A stretch of DNA of 64,000 nucleotides from Clostridia bacterium (lineage in GTDB: Bacteria > Bacillota > Clostridia > UMGS1810): NCBI GenBank assembly GCA_045589495.1, contig JAZNPF010000041.1, forward strand, positions 6,649-70,648, in the 5' to 3' direction. A model generated the notes under the pieces. That model searched no databases and was not told the origin of the DNA. It saw nothing but the letters and a program-made list of their open reading frames with translations. Of this stretch, positions 1 to 9,474 are shown piece by piece. A program made the translations under genes and the position numbers. The number at the start of each line of letters is the position of its first letter. Position 1 is the first letter of the stretch.

Positions 1-294
1 AGCCGCAAGCGAACGTGATACTTCATAATTAAAGTCGACGTGTCCGGGAGTGTCAATAAGATTAAATATATATTCCTGACCGTCTTTAGCCTTATAAACC
101 ACTTTAACAGCACGTGCTTTGATGGTTATCCCCTTTTCACGTTCAAGATCCATATTATCAAGAATCTGATCCTGCATTTCACGTTCAGTAAGAACACCCG
201 TTTTTTCGAGTATTCTGTCAGCAAGGGTTGATTTACCGTGATCTATATGTGCAATTATACAAAAATTTCTTATATTGTCTTGTCTGTTTGACAT
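1..294 (-). CDS. lepA: Elongation factor 4 (LepA) GTPase, N-terminal 98 codons only; rest of gene lies left of the window
   Basis: Reverse translation from ATG 294-292 gives [33 protein letters not shown]...[20 protein letters not shown]. The G1 (AHIDHGKST) and G3 (DTPGH) motifs sit in LepA context. It is absent from the ORF track because it runs off the edge. Confidence 0.85.
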   Translation of the reverse strand, partial: MSNRQDNIRNFCIIAHIDHGKSTLADRILEKTGVLTEREMQDQILDNMDLEREKGITIKARAVKVVYKAKDGQEYIFNLIDTPGHVDFNYEVSRSLAA

Positions 295-463
295 CAACGC
301 AAAACTCCTCATTATAATATATTGATTTTATTATATACTCAAAAGTTAAAATTGTCCATATTTTTTAAAGAAATAATTTCTTTATTTAAAAAACATATAG
401 ACAAATAATTTGTTTTTTGCTAAAATAAATTGTACATATTTCAAAATAAAGGAGATATATCCT

Positions 464-1324
464 ATGCAAATTTTATTAACCGACAAATCTTTAATAAAAA
501 AATACTTAATTATAATGTTCGGAAATATTTTAGTTGCATTTGCAGTCGGATGTTTTTATATACCAAACAAAATTGTAAATGGCGGCGTTTCGGGTATATC
601 AAACATTGTCTACAATACAATTGGTCTTCAGCCAAGTATCTCGATGCTTGCTGTAAATGTTTTATTTGCTATTATTTCATTTAAAAAACTTGGCATAAGG
701 TTTTTAGCAACATCTTTTATAAACGCAATCGCAATTGCATTGTTTGCTGACTTCTTTGTTGCCTACGTTCCGCCAATGACAAGCAGCCTTACTCTTGCCG
801 CTGTATTTGGCGGCATCATATACGGCTTCGGAATTGCTCTTTCTTTTGTATATGGAGTATCAACCGGCGGTACAGATATTTTGAGCAGATTTTTGCAGGC
901 AATCAATCCGCACATAAAAATAGGAAGGGTATTGCTTGCAGTTGATGCAAGTGTTATTATACTTTCACTAATCACTTTCCGCCAGATTGATTTGGCTCTG
1001 TACGGAATAATTGCACTTTCTATTTCTACTTATGCAATCGACTGGCTTATCGGAAAACTCAACGTGTCCAAACTTGCTTTTGTCGTTACTGATAAGGGCG
1101 AAGAAATATCAAAATTCCTCACTTCCACATCACCCAGAGGAGTAACGATTATTGATGTTACAGGGGCTTACACAATGGAAAAGAAAACTTTGCTTATGTG
1201 TGCCCTTAAATCAAACGAAATAGTTGAATTTCAGCGCAAAATTCTTGAGATAGACAAAAACTCGTTCATTATTTTTTCAGAATCTCAACAGATAGTCGGA
1301 AACGGTTTCAGAGTATATAACTAA
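464..1324 (+). CDS. YitT-family membrane protein (DUF2179 C-terminal domain)
   Basis: ATG at 464 follows GGAGATAT. Multi-TM N-terminus carries the NGGVSGIS motif. The soluble C-terminal domain (GVTIIDVTGAYT...) is typical of YitT/YqfU proteins. Confidence 0.7.
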   Translation: MQILLTDKSLIKKYLIIMFGNILVAFAVGCFYIPNKIVNGGVSGISNIVYNTIGLQPSISMLAVNVLFAIISFKKLGIRFLATSFINAIAIALFADFFVAYVPPMTSSLTLAAVFGGIIYGFGIALSFVYGVSTGGTDILSRFLQAINPHIKIGRVLLAVDASVIILSLITFRQIDLALYGIIALSISTYAIDWLIGKLNVSKLAFVVTDKGEEISKFLTSTSPRGVTIIDVTGAYTMEKKTLLMCALKSNEIVEFQRKILEIDKNSFIIFSESQQIVGNGFRVYN

Positions 1325-1361
1325 AAAAATCCCGTAACATTAGATGTTACGGGATTTTTTT
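1323..1361. terminator. Bidirectional rho-independent terminator between convergent genes
   Basis: A-run, ATCCCGTAACAT / ATGTTACGGGAT stem, then T-run, lying between the two convergent stops. Confidence 0.75.
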
Positions 1362-2232
1362 AATTATCGCTTTTACTTAACATAAATACTGCACCGAGAA
1401 TTAAAACAATACCTGTCAAAGAAATAAAAGTAATCGGCTCGCTGAATATCATTACACCGTAAACAGTTGCAGCCATAGGCTCTATTATACCAAGCGACGC
1501 CGCTGTTCCTACCGGCAGATGTTTAAGCGATATTGTATAAAAAATATACGGGAGCACACAAGTACAAATTCCAAGTGCTGTTGAAAGAATTATTATAAGC
1601 AATGGATTGGATGGTATATATGTAATGATTTCCGCCGGATTACTTACAAAAAACGCACAGATGGAAGCAAATAAAAAGCAATAAAACGTTGCTTTGAACG
1701 GATGCGATTTTCTGCGCATCTGCAATTTTGTAAAAATATTATATGCACTATATGATATACCTGACAACAATCCTAATCCAATACCCAACAAATTGAATTT
1801 AAGTCCCCCTATTATACCTGATACCAAACCGCAGCCTATTATCATACATACAAGTGCCAATGCTTTTAAACGTGTAAATTTTTCTCCGAAAAACATTACT
1901 GAAAATATCATAACAAATATGGGAGCCGTATACATAAGCATTACTGCAGTTGAAATTGACGTCAGCTGCATAGAAGAAAAATATGATGCTGCAGTTCCAA
2001 AAAGACAAATACCGCTGCACGCAAACAATACAAGTTCTTTCCAATTACAACAAAAAAGCGTTCTGTCTTTAATTGCAATATATAAAAGAACCGTCAAAAA
2101 CGAAACAAACACTCTTAAAAATGTCATCTGTAAAGATGTAAATCCATACAGCGCAAGTATATTTACAAATATGCCAGATGTCCCCCATAAAAGCCCGGCA
2201 AGTATAATATATATAAACGATTTTGTTTTCAT
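1360..2232 (-). CDS. EamA/DMT-family transporter
   Basis: 290 aa with about 10 predicted TM helices. It has a two-fold EamA-like repeat architecture. Confidence 0.65.
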   Translation of the reverse strand: MKTKSFIYIILAGLLWGTSGIFVNILALYGFTSLQMTFLRVFVSFLTVLLYIAIKDRTLFCCNWKELVLFACSGICLFGTAASYFSSMQLTSISTAVMLMYTAPIFVMIFSVMFFGEKFTRLKALALVCMIIGCGLVSGIIGGLKFNLLGIGLGLLSGISYSAYNIFTKLQMRRKSHPFKATFYCFLFASICAFFVSNPAEIITYIPSNPLLIIILSTALGICTCVLPYIFYTISLKHLPVGTAASLGIIEPMAATVYGVMIFSEPITFISLTGIVLILGAVFMLSKSDN

Positions 2233-2255
2233 AAAAACTGTCCCCTGAACATAGT

Positions 2256-2290
2256 AAAAAATCCGAATGTGTTGTCACATCCGGATTTTT
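2256..2290 (-). terminator. Rho-independent terminator downstream of jag
   Basis: ATCCGAATGTG / CACATCCGGAT stem flanked by an A-run and a T-run, immediately 3' of the jag stop at 2297. Confidence 0.7.
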
Positions 2291-2296
2291 AATATC

Positions 2297-3022
2297 TTAT
2301 TTTTTAAGTGCAACAACAACTTTTCTGTGAATTCCTTGACCAATTGAATAAGTAGTAACTTTATCATTATCCTGAAGTGTTGCATGAATAATGCGGCGTT
2401 CATAAGCACTCATAGGTTCAAAAGTGAAGTTTTTACGTGATTTTATAACATTGTTTGCTACTTTATTACTCAATGCCTTCAATGCCTCTACACGTTTTTC
2501 ACGATAGTTTTCGCTATCAAGATAAACTTTTGGTGCTTTAGGTGATTTTCTTGCAAGGGCAAGTGACGCAAGATGCTGAAGAGATGTAATTGTTTCTCCA
2601 CGTTTACCTATAACAAGACCGGTGTTATTACCGGTGATATCAACACAGATTGCATCGCCTTCTTCAAAAGTTTCAACTTTACCTTCTGCATTAACATCAA
2701 TACCGGCAAGTTTGAACACTCCGTTTAAAAAGTCAACAACTGTATCAACGTCACCTTCCTGGCAAACTGTTTCTTTTTTAACTTCTTTCTTTTCAGGTTT
2801 TGCTTTTACTTCTTTAATATCTTCAATTGCACTTTCTTCGGTTTCATCATCAGCGGCAAGTGTAACTTTTACTTTTGCAAGTTTACTTCCAAGACCAAAC
2901 AAACCTTTTGAAGGTGCTTCCAAAATTTCTATTTTAACATCATCTATATCGGCGTTTAACTGCTCCAATGCGGCTTTTATTGCCAGATCAACAGTTTTAC
3001 CGGTTGCTTCTACAAAATTCAT
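2297..3022 (-). CDS. jag: Jag/KhpB RNA-binding protein (Jag_N, KH, R3H)
   Basis: N-terminus MNFVEATGKTVDLAIKAALEQL, an acidic linker, a KH-like GKRGETI motif and a C-terminal R3H (YERRIIH). It sits directly downstream of yidC, as in most Firmicutes. Confidence 0.85.
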   Translation of the reverse strand: MNFVEATGKTVDLAIKAALEQLNADIDDVKIEILEAPSKGLFGLGSKLAKVKVTLAADDETEESAIEDIKEVKAKPEKKEVKKETVCQEGDVDTVVDFLNGVFKLAGIDVNAEGKVETFEEGDAICVDITGNNTGLVIGKRGETITSLQHLASLALARKSPKAPKVYLDSENYREKRVEALKALSNKVANNVIKSRKNFTFEPMSAYERRIIHATLQDNDKVTTYSIGQGIHRKVVVALKK

Positions 3023-3028
3023 TATAAA

Positions 3029-3922
3029 TCAGCCTCTCTTTCTTCTTTTTTTCTTTTCGGCTTCAGCCAATGCCTTTTTCTCTTCCAAAACAACAAATTC
3101 AGCCTTGAGTTTTTTTGAATAATAACCGTTCAAAAGAAGAGTCTGTCCGATAGAAACTACGTTACTTATAATCCAGTACAGACCAAGTGCTGCCGGGAAC
3201 GAAAATGCAATCCAGGTTGTCATAAGCGGCATCACGTATGTCATTGTTTTCATTGTGCTTTCAGAACTGTTAGCAGGTTTCTGCTCGGGATTGAGAACAC
3301 GTTGAGGCTTTACTTCTTCTTCCTTTTTCTTATCATTACCATTTATCCATGTAGTGATTTTGCTTGTAAGGAATGTTGTAATACCTGCAAAAAGTGGTAT
3401 AAGCCACAGCCAGTCAATATGAGCAAAACTCGGGGTTACAGACAAATCAAGACCAAGAAAATCAAAATTTACAAGATCTTTTGCTTTCGCAATAGCAATT
3501 TCCACCTGCGGTGACTTTGCAAGACTAAGTTCTGACATAAGAGCAGCCACCATATCTTCACCGTAATGAAGCATATAGGTAAGCGGCTGATAAATTACTC
3601 TGTAAAGACCAAACAAAATCGGCAACTGTATAAGCATTGGCAAACATCCGCCCATTGGCGAAATGTTATATTCCTTATACAACTTCATTGTTTCTTCTGA
3701 CTGTTTCTGCTTATCATTTTCATACTTCTTCTGAATTTCCATAAGTTTTGGCTGAACAAGTTGCATTTTTGTCATGGATTTCTGCTGTTTAAGACCTAAA
3801 GGCAAAAGAATCAACTTAACTGCCAGCGTAAAAATTATAAGTGACCACCCGTAGTTTGAAACAAAACTGTAGATAAAACCTAAAATATATCCCAACGGAT
3901 GTGTAATGAGTGTTCGGAACAT
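3029..3922 (-). CDS. yidC: Membrane protein insertase YidC/SpoIIIJ
   Basis: 297 aa with motifs YNISPMGGCLPMLIQLPI and a basic C-terminal tail KKKRRKRG. Synteny with yidD and rnpA supports the call. Confidence 0.9.
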   Translation of the reverse strand: MFRTLITHPLGYILGFIYSFVSNYGWSLIIFTLAVKLILLPLGLKQQKSMTKMQLVQPKLMEIQKKYENDKQKQSEETMKLYKEYNISPMGGCLPMLIQLPILFGLYRVIYQPLTYMLHYGEDMVAALMSELSLAKSPQVEIAIAKAKDLVNFDFLGLDLSVTPSFAHIDWLWLIPLFAGITTFLTSKITTWINGNDKKKEEEVKPQRVLNPEQKPANSSESTMKTMTYVMPLMTTWIAFSFPAALGLYWIISNVVSIGQTLLLNGYYSKKLKAEFVVLEEKKALAEAEKKKRRKRG

Positions 3923-3937
3923 CTACTCAAATCCTCC

Positions 3938-4159
3938 TTAATTTAACGGATCGTATCCGCTGCCACCAAACGGATGGCAACGCAGTATCCTGCAAAATGC
4001 AAGACACACTCCCTTGATAGCACCGTATTTTTCGATTGCCTGTATAGCATACTCTGAACAGGTTGGTATATATCTGCAACACGATTTTTTATAAGGCGAT
4101 ATTGCCCGCTGATAAAAACGTACTGCGCCGATTAAAAATCTTTTTAAAAAATTACGCAT
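3938..4159 (-). CDS. yidD: Membrane protein insertion efficiency factor YidD
   Basis: 73 aa reading [31 protein letters not shown]...RILRCHPF, the canonical YidD signature. Confidence 0.9.
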   Translation of the reverse strand: MRNFLKRFLIGAVRFYQRAISPYKKSCCRYIPTCSEYAIQAIEKYGAIKGVCLAFCRILRCHPFGGSGYDPLN

Positions 4160-4165
4160 ACCCGT

Positions 4166-4513
4166 TCACCTATTGTCGATAGTCTTTTCAATTAGTCCTG
4201 TTTCTTCTGCGGCAAACATCATTGCGCCGCATAATTTTTCAAAAGGAGCATTACATATACGCTCCCTTGCCACTATAACGATATTGTGGCACGAATCAAT
4301 ATCGGAAAAGCATTTCCGGTATGCTTCACGTATTAAACGTTTGGCATAGTTTCTGTCGTGAGCCTTGCCGATTGCCTTTGAAACGGTTATTCCGAGTTTG
4401 GTGATATCCGTTTTGTTTTTTACGGTATACATAACAAAATACGGTGTGACACACTTTTTACCTTTTCTATATGCATAAACAAACTCACGATTTTCTTTTA
4501 TGGTGTTTTTCAA
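4166..4513 (-). CDS. rnpA: RNase P protein component
   Basis: LKNTIKENREFVYAYRKGKK... is an RnpA-like N-terminus, and the gene follows rpmH. I chose the TTG start at 4513, preceded by GGGGTGGA. The ORF-track start at 4564 adds an implausible hydrophobic leader. Confidence 0.8.
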   Translation of the reverse strand: MKNTIKENREFVYAYRKGKKCVTPYFVMYTVKNKTDITKLGITVSKAIGKAHDRNYAKRLIREAYRKCFSDIDSCHNIVIVARERICNAPFEKLCGAMMFAAEETGLIEKTIDNR

Positions 4514-4600
4514 ATCAAATTCCACCCCATAGCAACTCAAACATAAATATGCGAAAAAGACCACATCATTTAAGGTGTGGCCTTTTGAGTAGACTATAAA

Positions 4601-4735
4601 TTATGCAGACAATACTTTTCTGCCCTTTAATCTTCTCCTTGCTAATACCTTTCTGCCGTTAGCAGTGCTCATTCTGCTTCTGAAACCATGTACCTTTTTT
4701 CTGTGACGTACATTAGGCTGATATGTTCTTTTCAT
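4601..4735 (-). CDS. rpmH: 50S ribosomal protein L34
   Basis: [44 protein letters not shown] (44 aa) is the near-universal L34 sequence. The ORF-track entry 4601..4861 is an upstream extension. Confidence 0.95.
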   Translation of the reverse strand: MKRTYQPNVRHRKKVHGFRSRMSTANGRKVLARRRLKGRKVLSA

Positions 4736-4817
4736 TAGGTTACACCCCCTCCAAAAAACTACGATGTGCTGTATAAGGCGAGCACAAACGCCGTATGCCA
4801 TCATAAAATCCTTAACT

Positions 4818-4846
4818 ATTATACAACAACACTTCCCCTTTGTCAA
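4818..4846 (-). promoter_or_regulatory. Sigma-A type promoter for the rpmH operon
   Basis: The minus strand reads TTGACA, a 17 nt spacer, then TATAAT (both hexamers perfect), about 80 nt upstream of rpmH. Confidence 0.7.
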
Positions 4847-4909
4847 CAGTTTTTTATCCAAATTTACACATTAAATTTTGACGCACAAAAAATTATCCCG
4901 CCATCTTTT

Positions 4910-4943
4910 TACGACAAATTTAACTTATGCGTTTTATTATAAT
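4910..4943 (+). promoter_or_regulatory. Candidate spoIIG-type promoter (0A-box-like TACGACA plus TATAAT with a long spacer)
   Basis: TATAAT at 4938-4943 lies about 22 nt upstream of the spoIIGA ATG. ACGACA at 4911-4916 resembles both a -35 element and a Spo0A box (TTCGACA) and lies 21 nt upstream of the -10. Confidence 0.3.
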
Positions 4944-4965
4944 TATCTTGCAAGGAGGCTTGAGT

Positions 4966-5856
4966 ATGACGGTTTACATTGATGTTCTGTTTACTGTTAA
5001 TATGATCATAAATTATCTTTTGCTTATGGCAACCTCGAAAATCACCAGACAAAGCACATCTTTTCTGCGTATTTTATCAGGATCATTTGCAGGTGCCGTA
5101 TATGCTGCGTGTATGTTTTTCCCACAAATAGAAGCACTTTATACCGTGGCATCAAAAATTGCTGTTTCATTTATATTGGTTGCAATAAGTTTCAATATAA
5201 AAAAAGTAAAAACTTTTTTCAAAACAGTTTTTGTGTTTTACATAACATCATTTATATTCGGCGGAATATCATTGGGGATTTTCTATTTTACAGGTGCCGG
5301 AAGCGGTACAGTTATAAGTAACGGAATCTTTTATTATAATCTTTCTTTAAGATTGCTTATCATTTCTTCCACGCTTGCATACATTATTATCCGAACTCTA
5401 TGGAAAGTCTGCAAATCTGACAGAATGCGTGACTTTAAAAAAATTGAAATTCTTATGTCCGGAAAAGCAGTATCATTGAATGCATTGGTCGATACTGGTA
5501 ATATGTTAAGCGACCCTCTTACTCAAACACCGGTTGTTGTTGCAGAATTTGAACGCATTAAAAATATTCTGCCTCAAAAATTCAATGAAGTATATAGTGA
5601 ATTTAAACATTCACCTGAATCTATAATGCTAGATGAAAACATCGGTGAAATAGCACAAAGGCTACGCATTATCCCCTTTTCATCACTCGGAGCAACAGAA
5701 AGTATGCTTCTGGGATTTAAGCCCGATGCAGTAAAAATAGATAAGCAATTGAGAGAAGATATCATAATCGGTATATACGCGAATCATCTTTCAAGCAATA
5801 ATACCTACGAGGCGTTGCTAAATCCTGAAATTATAAGCGGAGGAATATTACAATGA
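4966..5856 (+). CDS. spoIIGA: Sigma-E processing aspartic peptidase SpoIIGA
   Basis: ATG at 4966 follows AGGAGG. It has five N-terminal TM helices and a C-terminal domain with ALVDTGN (DTG aspartic protease motif). An ATGA overlap joins it to sigE. Confidence 0.9.
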   Translation: MTVYIDVLFTVNMIINYLLLMATSKITRQSTSFLRILSGSFAGAVYAACMFFPQIEALYTVASKIAVSFILVAISFNIKKVKTFFKTVFVFYITSFIFGGISLGIFYFTGAGSGTVISNGIFYYNLSLRLLIISSTLAYIIIRTLWKVCKSDRMRDFKKIEILMSGKAVSLNALVDTGNMLSDPLTQTPVVVAEFERIKNILPQKFNEVYSEFKHSPESIMLDENIGEIAQRLRIIPFSSLGATESMLLGFKPDAVKIDKQLREDIIIGIYANHLSSNNTYEALLNPEIISGGILQ

Positions 5857-6557
5857 ATTTATTAAAAAAACTTTGTTTTTACATAATATCTTTATTCAAA
5901 GGTGCAAAAGAAGTTCACTATATTGGCGGACCTGCTGCTTTACCTCCTCCGCTTTCACGGGAGGAAGAAGAAAAATATCTCATTATGCTTGAAACAGAAC
6001 CTCAAACCGCAAAATCCGTACTTATAGAACACAATCTTCGTCTGGTGGTTTATATTGCAAAAAAATTTGAAAACACCGGTATTTGCGTGGAAGATTTGAT
6101 ATCTATCGGCACAATCGGACTTATAAAGGCAATAAACACTTTCAATCCGTCTAAAAAAATCAAACTTGCCACTTATGCGTCACGTTGTGTAGAAAACGAA
6201 ATACTTATGTATCTCCGAAAAAACAGTCACAGACGTACAGAAATATCTATTGACGAACCACTTAATGTTGACTGGGACGGAAACGAACTTTTACTTTCTG
6301 ATATATTGGGAACGGACGGTGATATTATATATCAAAGTATAGAAAATGATGTTGACAAGCAATTACTATCTATTGCTATGGAAAAACTGTCTTCAAGAGA
6401 ACGCAATATTATGGAAATGAGGTTCGGAATCAAAACCGGTATACAAAAAACTCAAAAGGAAGTTGCGGATTTGCTTGGAATATCACAATCATACATATCA
6501 AGACTTGAAAAAAAGATAATCGGCAGGCTCAAAAGAGATATATCAAAACTGATTTGA
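5853..6557 (+). CDS. sigE: Sporulation sigma factor SigE (pro-sigma-E)
   Basis: Sigma-70 regions 2-4 are present ([39 protein letters not shown]) after an N-terminal pro-sequence. It sits directly downstream of spoIIGA. Confidence 0.9.
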   Translation: MNLLKKLCFYIISLFKGAKEVHYIGGPAALPPPLSREEEEKYLIMLETEPQTAKSVLIEHNLRLVVYIAKKFENTGICVEDLISIGTIGLIKAINTFNPSKKIKLATYASRCVENEILMYLRKNSHRRTEISIDEPLNVDWDGNELLLSDILGTDGDIIYQSIENDVDKQLLSIAMEKLSSRERNIMEMRFGIKTGIQKTQKEVADLLGISQSYISRLEKKIIGRLKRDISKLI

Positions 6558-6589
6558 AGAGTAAAGTTCAAACACTTTGCTCTTTTTTT
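6558..6589 (+). terminator. Rho-independent terminator after sigE
   Basis: AGAGTAAAGT / ACTTTGCTCT stem followed by TTTTTTT. Confidence 0.7.
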
Positions 6590-6599
6590 AATAAAATGC

Positions 6600-6628
6600 T
6601 TGACAAATGCATATTATAGTGATATACT
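6600..6628 (+). promoter_or_regulatory. Sigma-A type promoter for ylxM-ffh
   Basis: TTGACA (6600-6605), a 17 nt spacer, then TATACT (6623-6628). It is flanked by the inverted repeat CTTGACA / TGTCAAG. Confidence 0.6.
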
Positions 6629-6664
6629 TGTCAAGTAATTTGCTTTACAGTGTTTGGTGATACT

Positions 6665-6994
6665 ATGAAAAATCTTAATTTTGTATACTTACTTGACTTC
6701 TACGGCGGTATATTGAACGAACGTCAGAGAGAAGTTTTAACTCTGTATTATGATGATGACCTTTCGCTTGCTGAAATTGCCGAAATCACCAATATCAGCA
6801 GACAGGGTGTGCACGACCTTATAAAGCGCGGAGAGGTTAAATTAACCGATGCCGAAAACGCACTCGGACTTACAGAAAGATTTGAAAACATTAAAGAAAC
6901 AGTATACCAAATTGAAAAAGCAATAGACACTTCTGACTGTAACAACAAAAGTGAACTTTCTTTATTGATAGAACAACTTAAAAATCAAGTCTAA
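6665..6994 (+). CDS. ylxM: YlxM/UPF0122 putative HTH protein
   Basis: LLDFYGGILNERQREVLTLYYDDDLSLAEIAEITNISRQGVHDLIKR is a sigma-70 region-4-like HTH. The position upstream of ffh is conserved. Confidence 0.85.
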   Translation: MKNLNFVYLLDFYGGILNERQREVLTLYYDDDLSLAEIAEITNISRQGVHDLIKRGEVKLTDAENALGLTERFENIKETVYQIEKAIDTSDCNNKSELSLLIEQLKNQV

Positions 6995-7007
6995 AGGAGG
7001 CGTAATC

Positions 7008-8357
7008 ATGGCATTTGAAAGCATTTCGGATAAATTGCAGGACGTTTTCAAAAAACTGCGCGGCAAAGGTAAAATCAGCGAAGCCGACTTGAAAGTTGCC
7101 ATGAGAGAAGTTAAACTTGCTCTTTTAGAAGCGGACGTAAACTTTAAAGTTGTTAAGGATTTTATTTCAAAAGTTTCTGAAAAAGCAATGGGCGAAGCAG
7201 TTCTTGAAAGTCTTACTCCCGCCCAACAGGTTATTAAAATAGTCAATGAAGAACTCACTGCTCTTATGGGCAGCGAAGTTTCCAAAATACAATATGCATC
7301 CAAACCGCCAACGGTTATTATGATGGCAGGTCTTCAGGGTGCCGGTAAAACAACAACTTGTGCAAAAATCGGAAGGGTTTTGAAAAAAGACGGTAAACGT
7401 CCCCTTCTCGTTGCTGCTGACATTTACAGACCGGCGGCAAGACAGCAATTGAAAGTTGTCGGTAGTCAGGTGGAAATTCCCGTTTTTTCCATTGATGATT
7501 GCAACAATGCTGTAGAAATAGCGGAAAAAGCAATTGAACACGCAAAATTAAACGGCAACGATGTTGTTATAATTGATACTGCCGGACGTCTTCATATTGA
7601 TGACGAACTTATGGCGGAACTTGAAAATATCAAATCAAGTGTAAACCCAGCCGAAATACTACTTGTAATTGATGCTATGACAGGTCAGGACGCAGTAAAC
7701 GTTGCTTCTTCATTTGATGAAAGATTATCCATAACCGGTACAGTTTTAACCAAAATGGATGGTGACACCAGAGGCGGTGCAGCATTAAGCGTAAAAGCAG
7801 TTACCGGCAAACCGATAAAATTTGCAGGTCAGGGCGAAAAACTTACCGACCTTGACTACTTCTACCCCGACAGAATGGCATCACGCATACTCGGTATGGG
7901 CGATGTGCTTACCTTAATAGACAAGGCTCAGCAGGCTTTTGACGAAAAGAAAGCCGCTGAACTTGAAAAGAAAATCAGAGAACAGACTTTTACTTTAGAC
8001 GATTATCTGGAACAACTTCAGCAAATGAAAAATATGGGTTCTTTAACAGACCTGTTAGGTATGATTCCGGGAATGAATCAAAAGGCGTTAAGCGGTGTAA
8101 ACATTGACGAACGCAAACTGTTTCAGATAGAAGCAATCATTACTTCTATGACAAAAGCAGAACGCATCAATCCAGATATCATAAATTCATCACGCAAAAA
8201 GCGTATTGCAGACGGCAGCGGAACAAAAGTTCAGGACGTCAACATACTTCTTAAACAGTTTGATCAAATGCGCAAAATGATGAAACAGTTCTCCAACCCC
8301 AAAGCCATGAAACGTCAGATGCGCGGTCTTGGTCCAATGGGCGGATTCTTCAGGTAA
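7008..8357 (+). CDS. ffh: Signal recognition particle protein Ffh
   Basis: N, G and M domains are present. Motifs GLQGAGKTT, DTAGR and TKMDGD are followed by a Met-rich C-terminus. Confidence 0.95.
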   Translation: MAFESISDKLQDVFKKLRGKGKISEADLKVAMREVKLALLEADVNFKVVKDFISKVSEKAMGEAVLESLTPAQQVIKIVNEELTALMGSEVSKIQYASKPPTVIMMAGLQGAGKTTTCAKIGRVLKKDGKRPLLVAADIYRPAARQQLKVVGSQVEIPVFSIDDCNNAVEIAEKAIEHAKLNGNDVVIIDTAGRLHIDDELMAELENIKSSVNPAEILLVIDAMTGQDAVNVASSFDERLSITGTVLTKMDGDTRGGAALSVKAVTGKPIKFAGQGEKLTDLDYFYPDRMASRILGMGDVLTLIDKAQQAFDEKKAAELEKKIREQTFTLDDYLEQLQQMKNMGSLTDLLGMIPGMNQKALSGVNIDERKLFQIEAIITSMTKAERINPDIINSSRKKRIADGSGTKVQDVNILLKQFDQMRKMMKQFSNPKAMKRQMRGLGPMGGFFR

Positions 8358-8409
8358 CAATTAAATGTTATATATGTTGTATGTAATTACTTTAAGGAGG
8401 TGAATACAA

Positions 8410-8652
8410 ATGGTAAAAATCAGATTAAAAAGAATGGGTGCTAAAAAATCACCTTTTTACAGAGTTGTTGTTGCTGATTCAAGATACCCCAGAGATGGTA
8501 GATTCATCGAGGAAATCGGTACTTATAACCCCTTGACAGATCCCGCTACAATCAATATCGATGCTGAAAAAGCAAACAAATGGCTCGGCAACGGTGCACA
8601 GCCCACCGACACAGTAAGAGCACTTCTGAAAAAAAGCGGCGTATTACAATAA
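8410..8652 (+). CDS. rpsP: 30S ribosomal protein S16
   Basis: [41 protein letters not shown]. Confidence 0.95.
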   Translation: MVKIRLKRMGAKKSPFYRVVVADSRYPRDGRFIEEIGTYNPLTDPATINIDAEKANKWLGNGAQPTDTVRALLKKSGVLQ

Positions 8653-8674
8653 TTGAGCAAAGGAGTAATTCAAT

Positions 8675-8902
8675 ATGAAAGAATTGCTTGAATTCATTGC
8701 CAAAGCGCTTGTTGAAAACCCTGATGATGTCAGAGTTGAACAGAAAGGTTCTGAAAATGCTATCGTTTTAGAATTACATGTTCACGAAAACGATATGGGT
8801 AAAGTTATCGGCAAGCAAGGCAGAATTGCAAAATCTATTCGTTCTGTTATGAAAGCTGCTGCAAGTAAGAACAACGTAAAGGTTTCTGTTGATATAGTCT
8901 GA
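8675..8902 (+). CDS. khpA: KH-domain RNA-binding protein (KhpA/YlqC)
   Basis: 75 aa with a VIGKQGRIAKSIR GXXG loop. Its position between rpsP and rimM is conserved. Confidence 0.85.
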   Translation: MKELLEFIAKALVENPDDVRVEQKGSENAIVLELHVHENDMGKVIGKQGRIAKSIRSVMKAAASKNNVKVSVDIV

Positions 8903-8911
8903 AAAAGACTT

Positions 8912-8950
8912 CTAATATAGCACAGCATTCAGTTTGCTGTGCTATATTAG
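8912..8950 (+). other. Perfect 16-bp stem-loop between khpA and rimM with no U-tract
   Basis: CTAATATAGCACAGCA, loop TTCAGTT, then TGCTGTGCTATATTAG. Confidence 0.8.
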
Positions 8951-8979
8951 GTTAAACAGAATAATTATGGTGATTGAAT

Positions 8980-9474
8980 ATGAATAATAATCTACTTGAA
9001 ATAGGTAAAGTTGTAAATACACATGCACTTCGCGGTGCGGTTAAAATGATTGTATGGGCAGATTCAACTGACGTCATCGGCACTTTAAAACGCCTTTACG
9101 ACAATGACGGAAACTGTTACGAAATCAAATCCGTTTCGTATCAGAAAGATAACGCTATAGTAAAATTTAAAGATATCGACTCTATCGAGCAGGCTGAAAA
9201 ATTAAAGGGCAAAATTTTACTTGTCAGCCGTGATGAATTTGAACTTCCCGAAGGCGTATATTTTATTGCCGACCTTATTGGCTTATCTGTATATGAAGGT
9301 GACACTCTATACGGAAAAATAGACAACGTATTCCCCGCCGGCGGTTGCGATGTCTACTCTATCAAAGGCGAAAAGGAAATTCTTTTCCCCGCACTTAAGG
9401 AAAACATATTGCAGGTTGATCTTGAAAACAAAGTAATTAAAGTTAAATTTCCGGAAGGATTACTTGATTTATGA
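8980..9474 (+). CDS. rimM: 16S rRNA processing protein RimM
   Basis: IGKVVNTHALRGAVKM... and PRC-barrel C-terminal motifs are present. ATG at 8980 follows GGTGA, and synteny agrees. Confidence 0.9.
   Translation: MNNNLLEIGKVVNTHALRGAVKMIVWADSTDVIGTLKRLYDNDGNCYEIKSVSYQKDNAIVKFKDIDSIEQAEKLKGKILLVSRDEFELPEGVYFIADLIGLSVYEGDTLYGKIDNVFPAGGCDVYSIKGEKEILFPALKENILQVDLENKVIKVKFPEGLLDL

Noticed and set aside
1694-2248. 184-aa plus-strand ORF antisense to the EamA transporter. Similar shadow ORFs occur at 2622..3122, 6962..7303, 7167..7541, 12433..12798, 21018..21518, 32469..32978 and 48331..48933.
   Set aside because: Each lies entirely within, and antisense to, a gene with clear family motifs. Their products are low-complexity or Ser/Ile/Phe-rich, as expected for antisense frames.
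4601-4861. 86-aa ORF-track entry containing L34
   Set aside because: Only the last 44 codons match the universal L34 sequence. The upstream extension has no RBS and would run through the perfect TTGACA/TATAAT promoter at 4818-4846.
4854-4862. DnaA-box-like TTATCCAAA next to rpmH, considered as evidence for oriC
   Set aside because: It is a single one-mismatch box. There is no cluster, no adjacent dnaA and no AT-rich unwinding repeats, so it is insufficient to call an origin.
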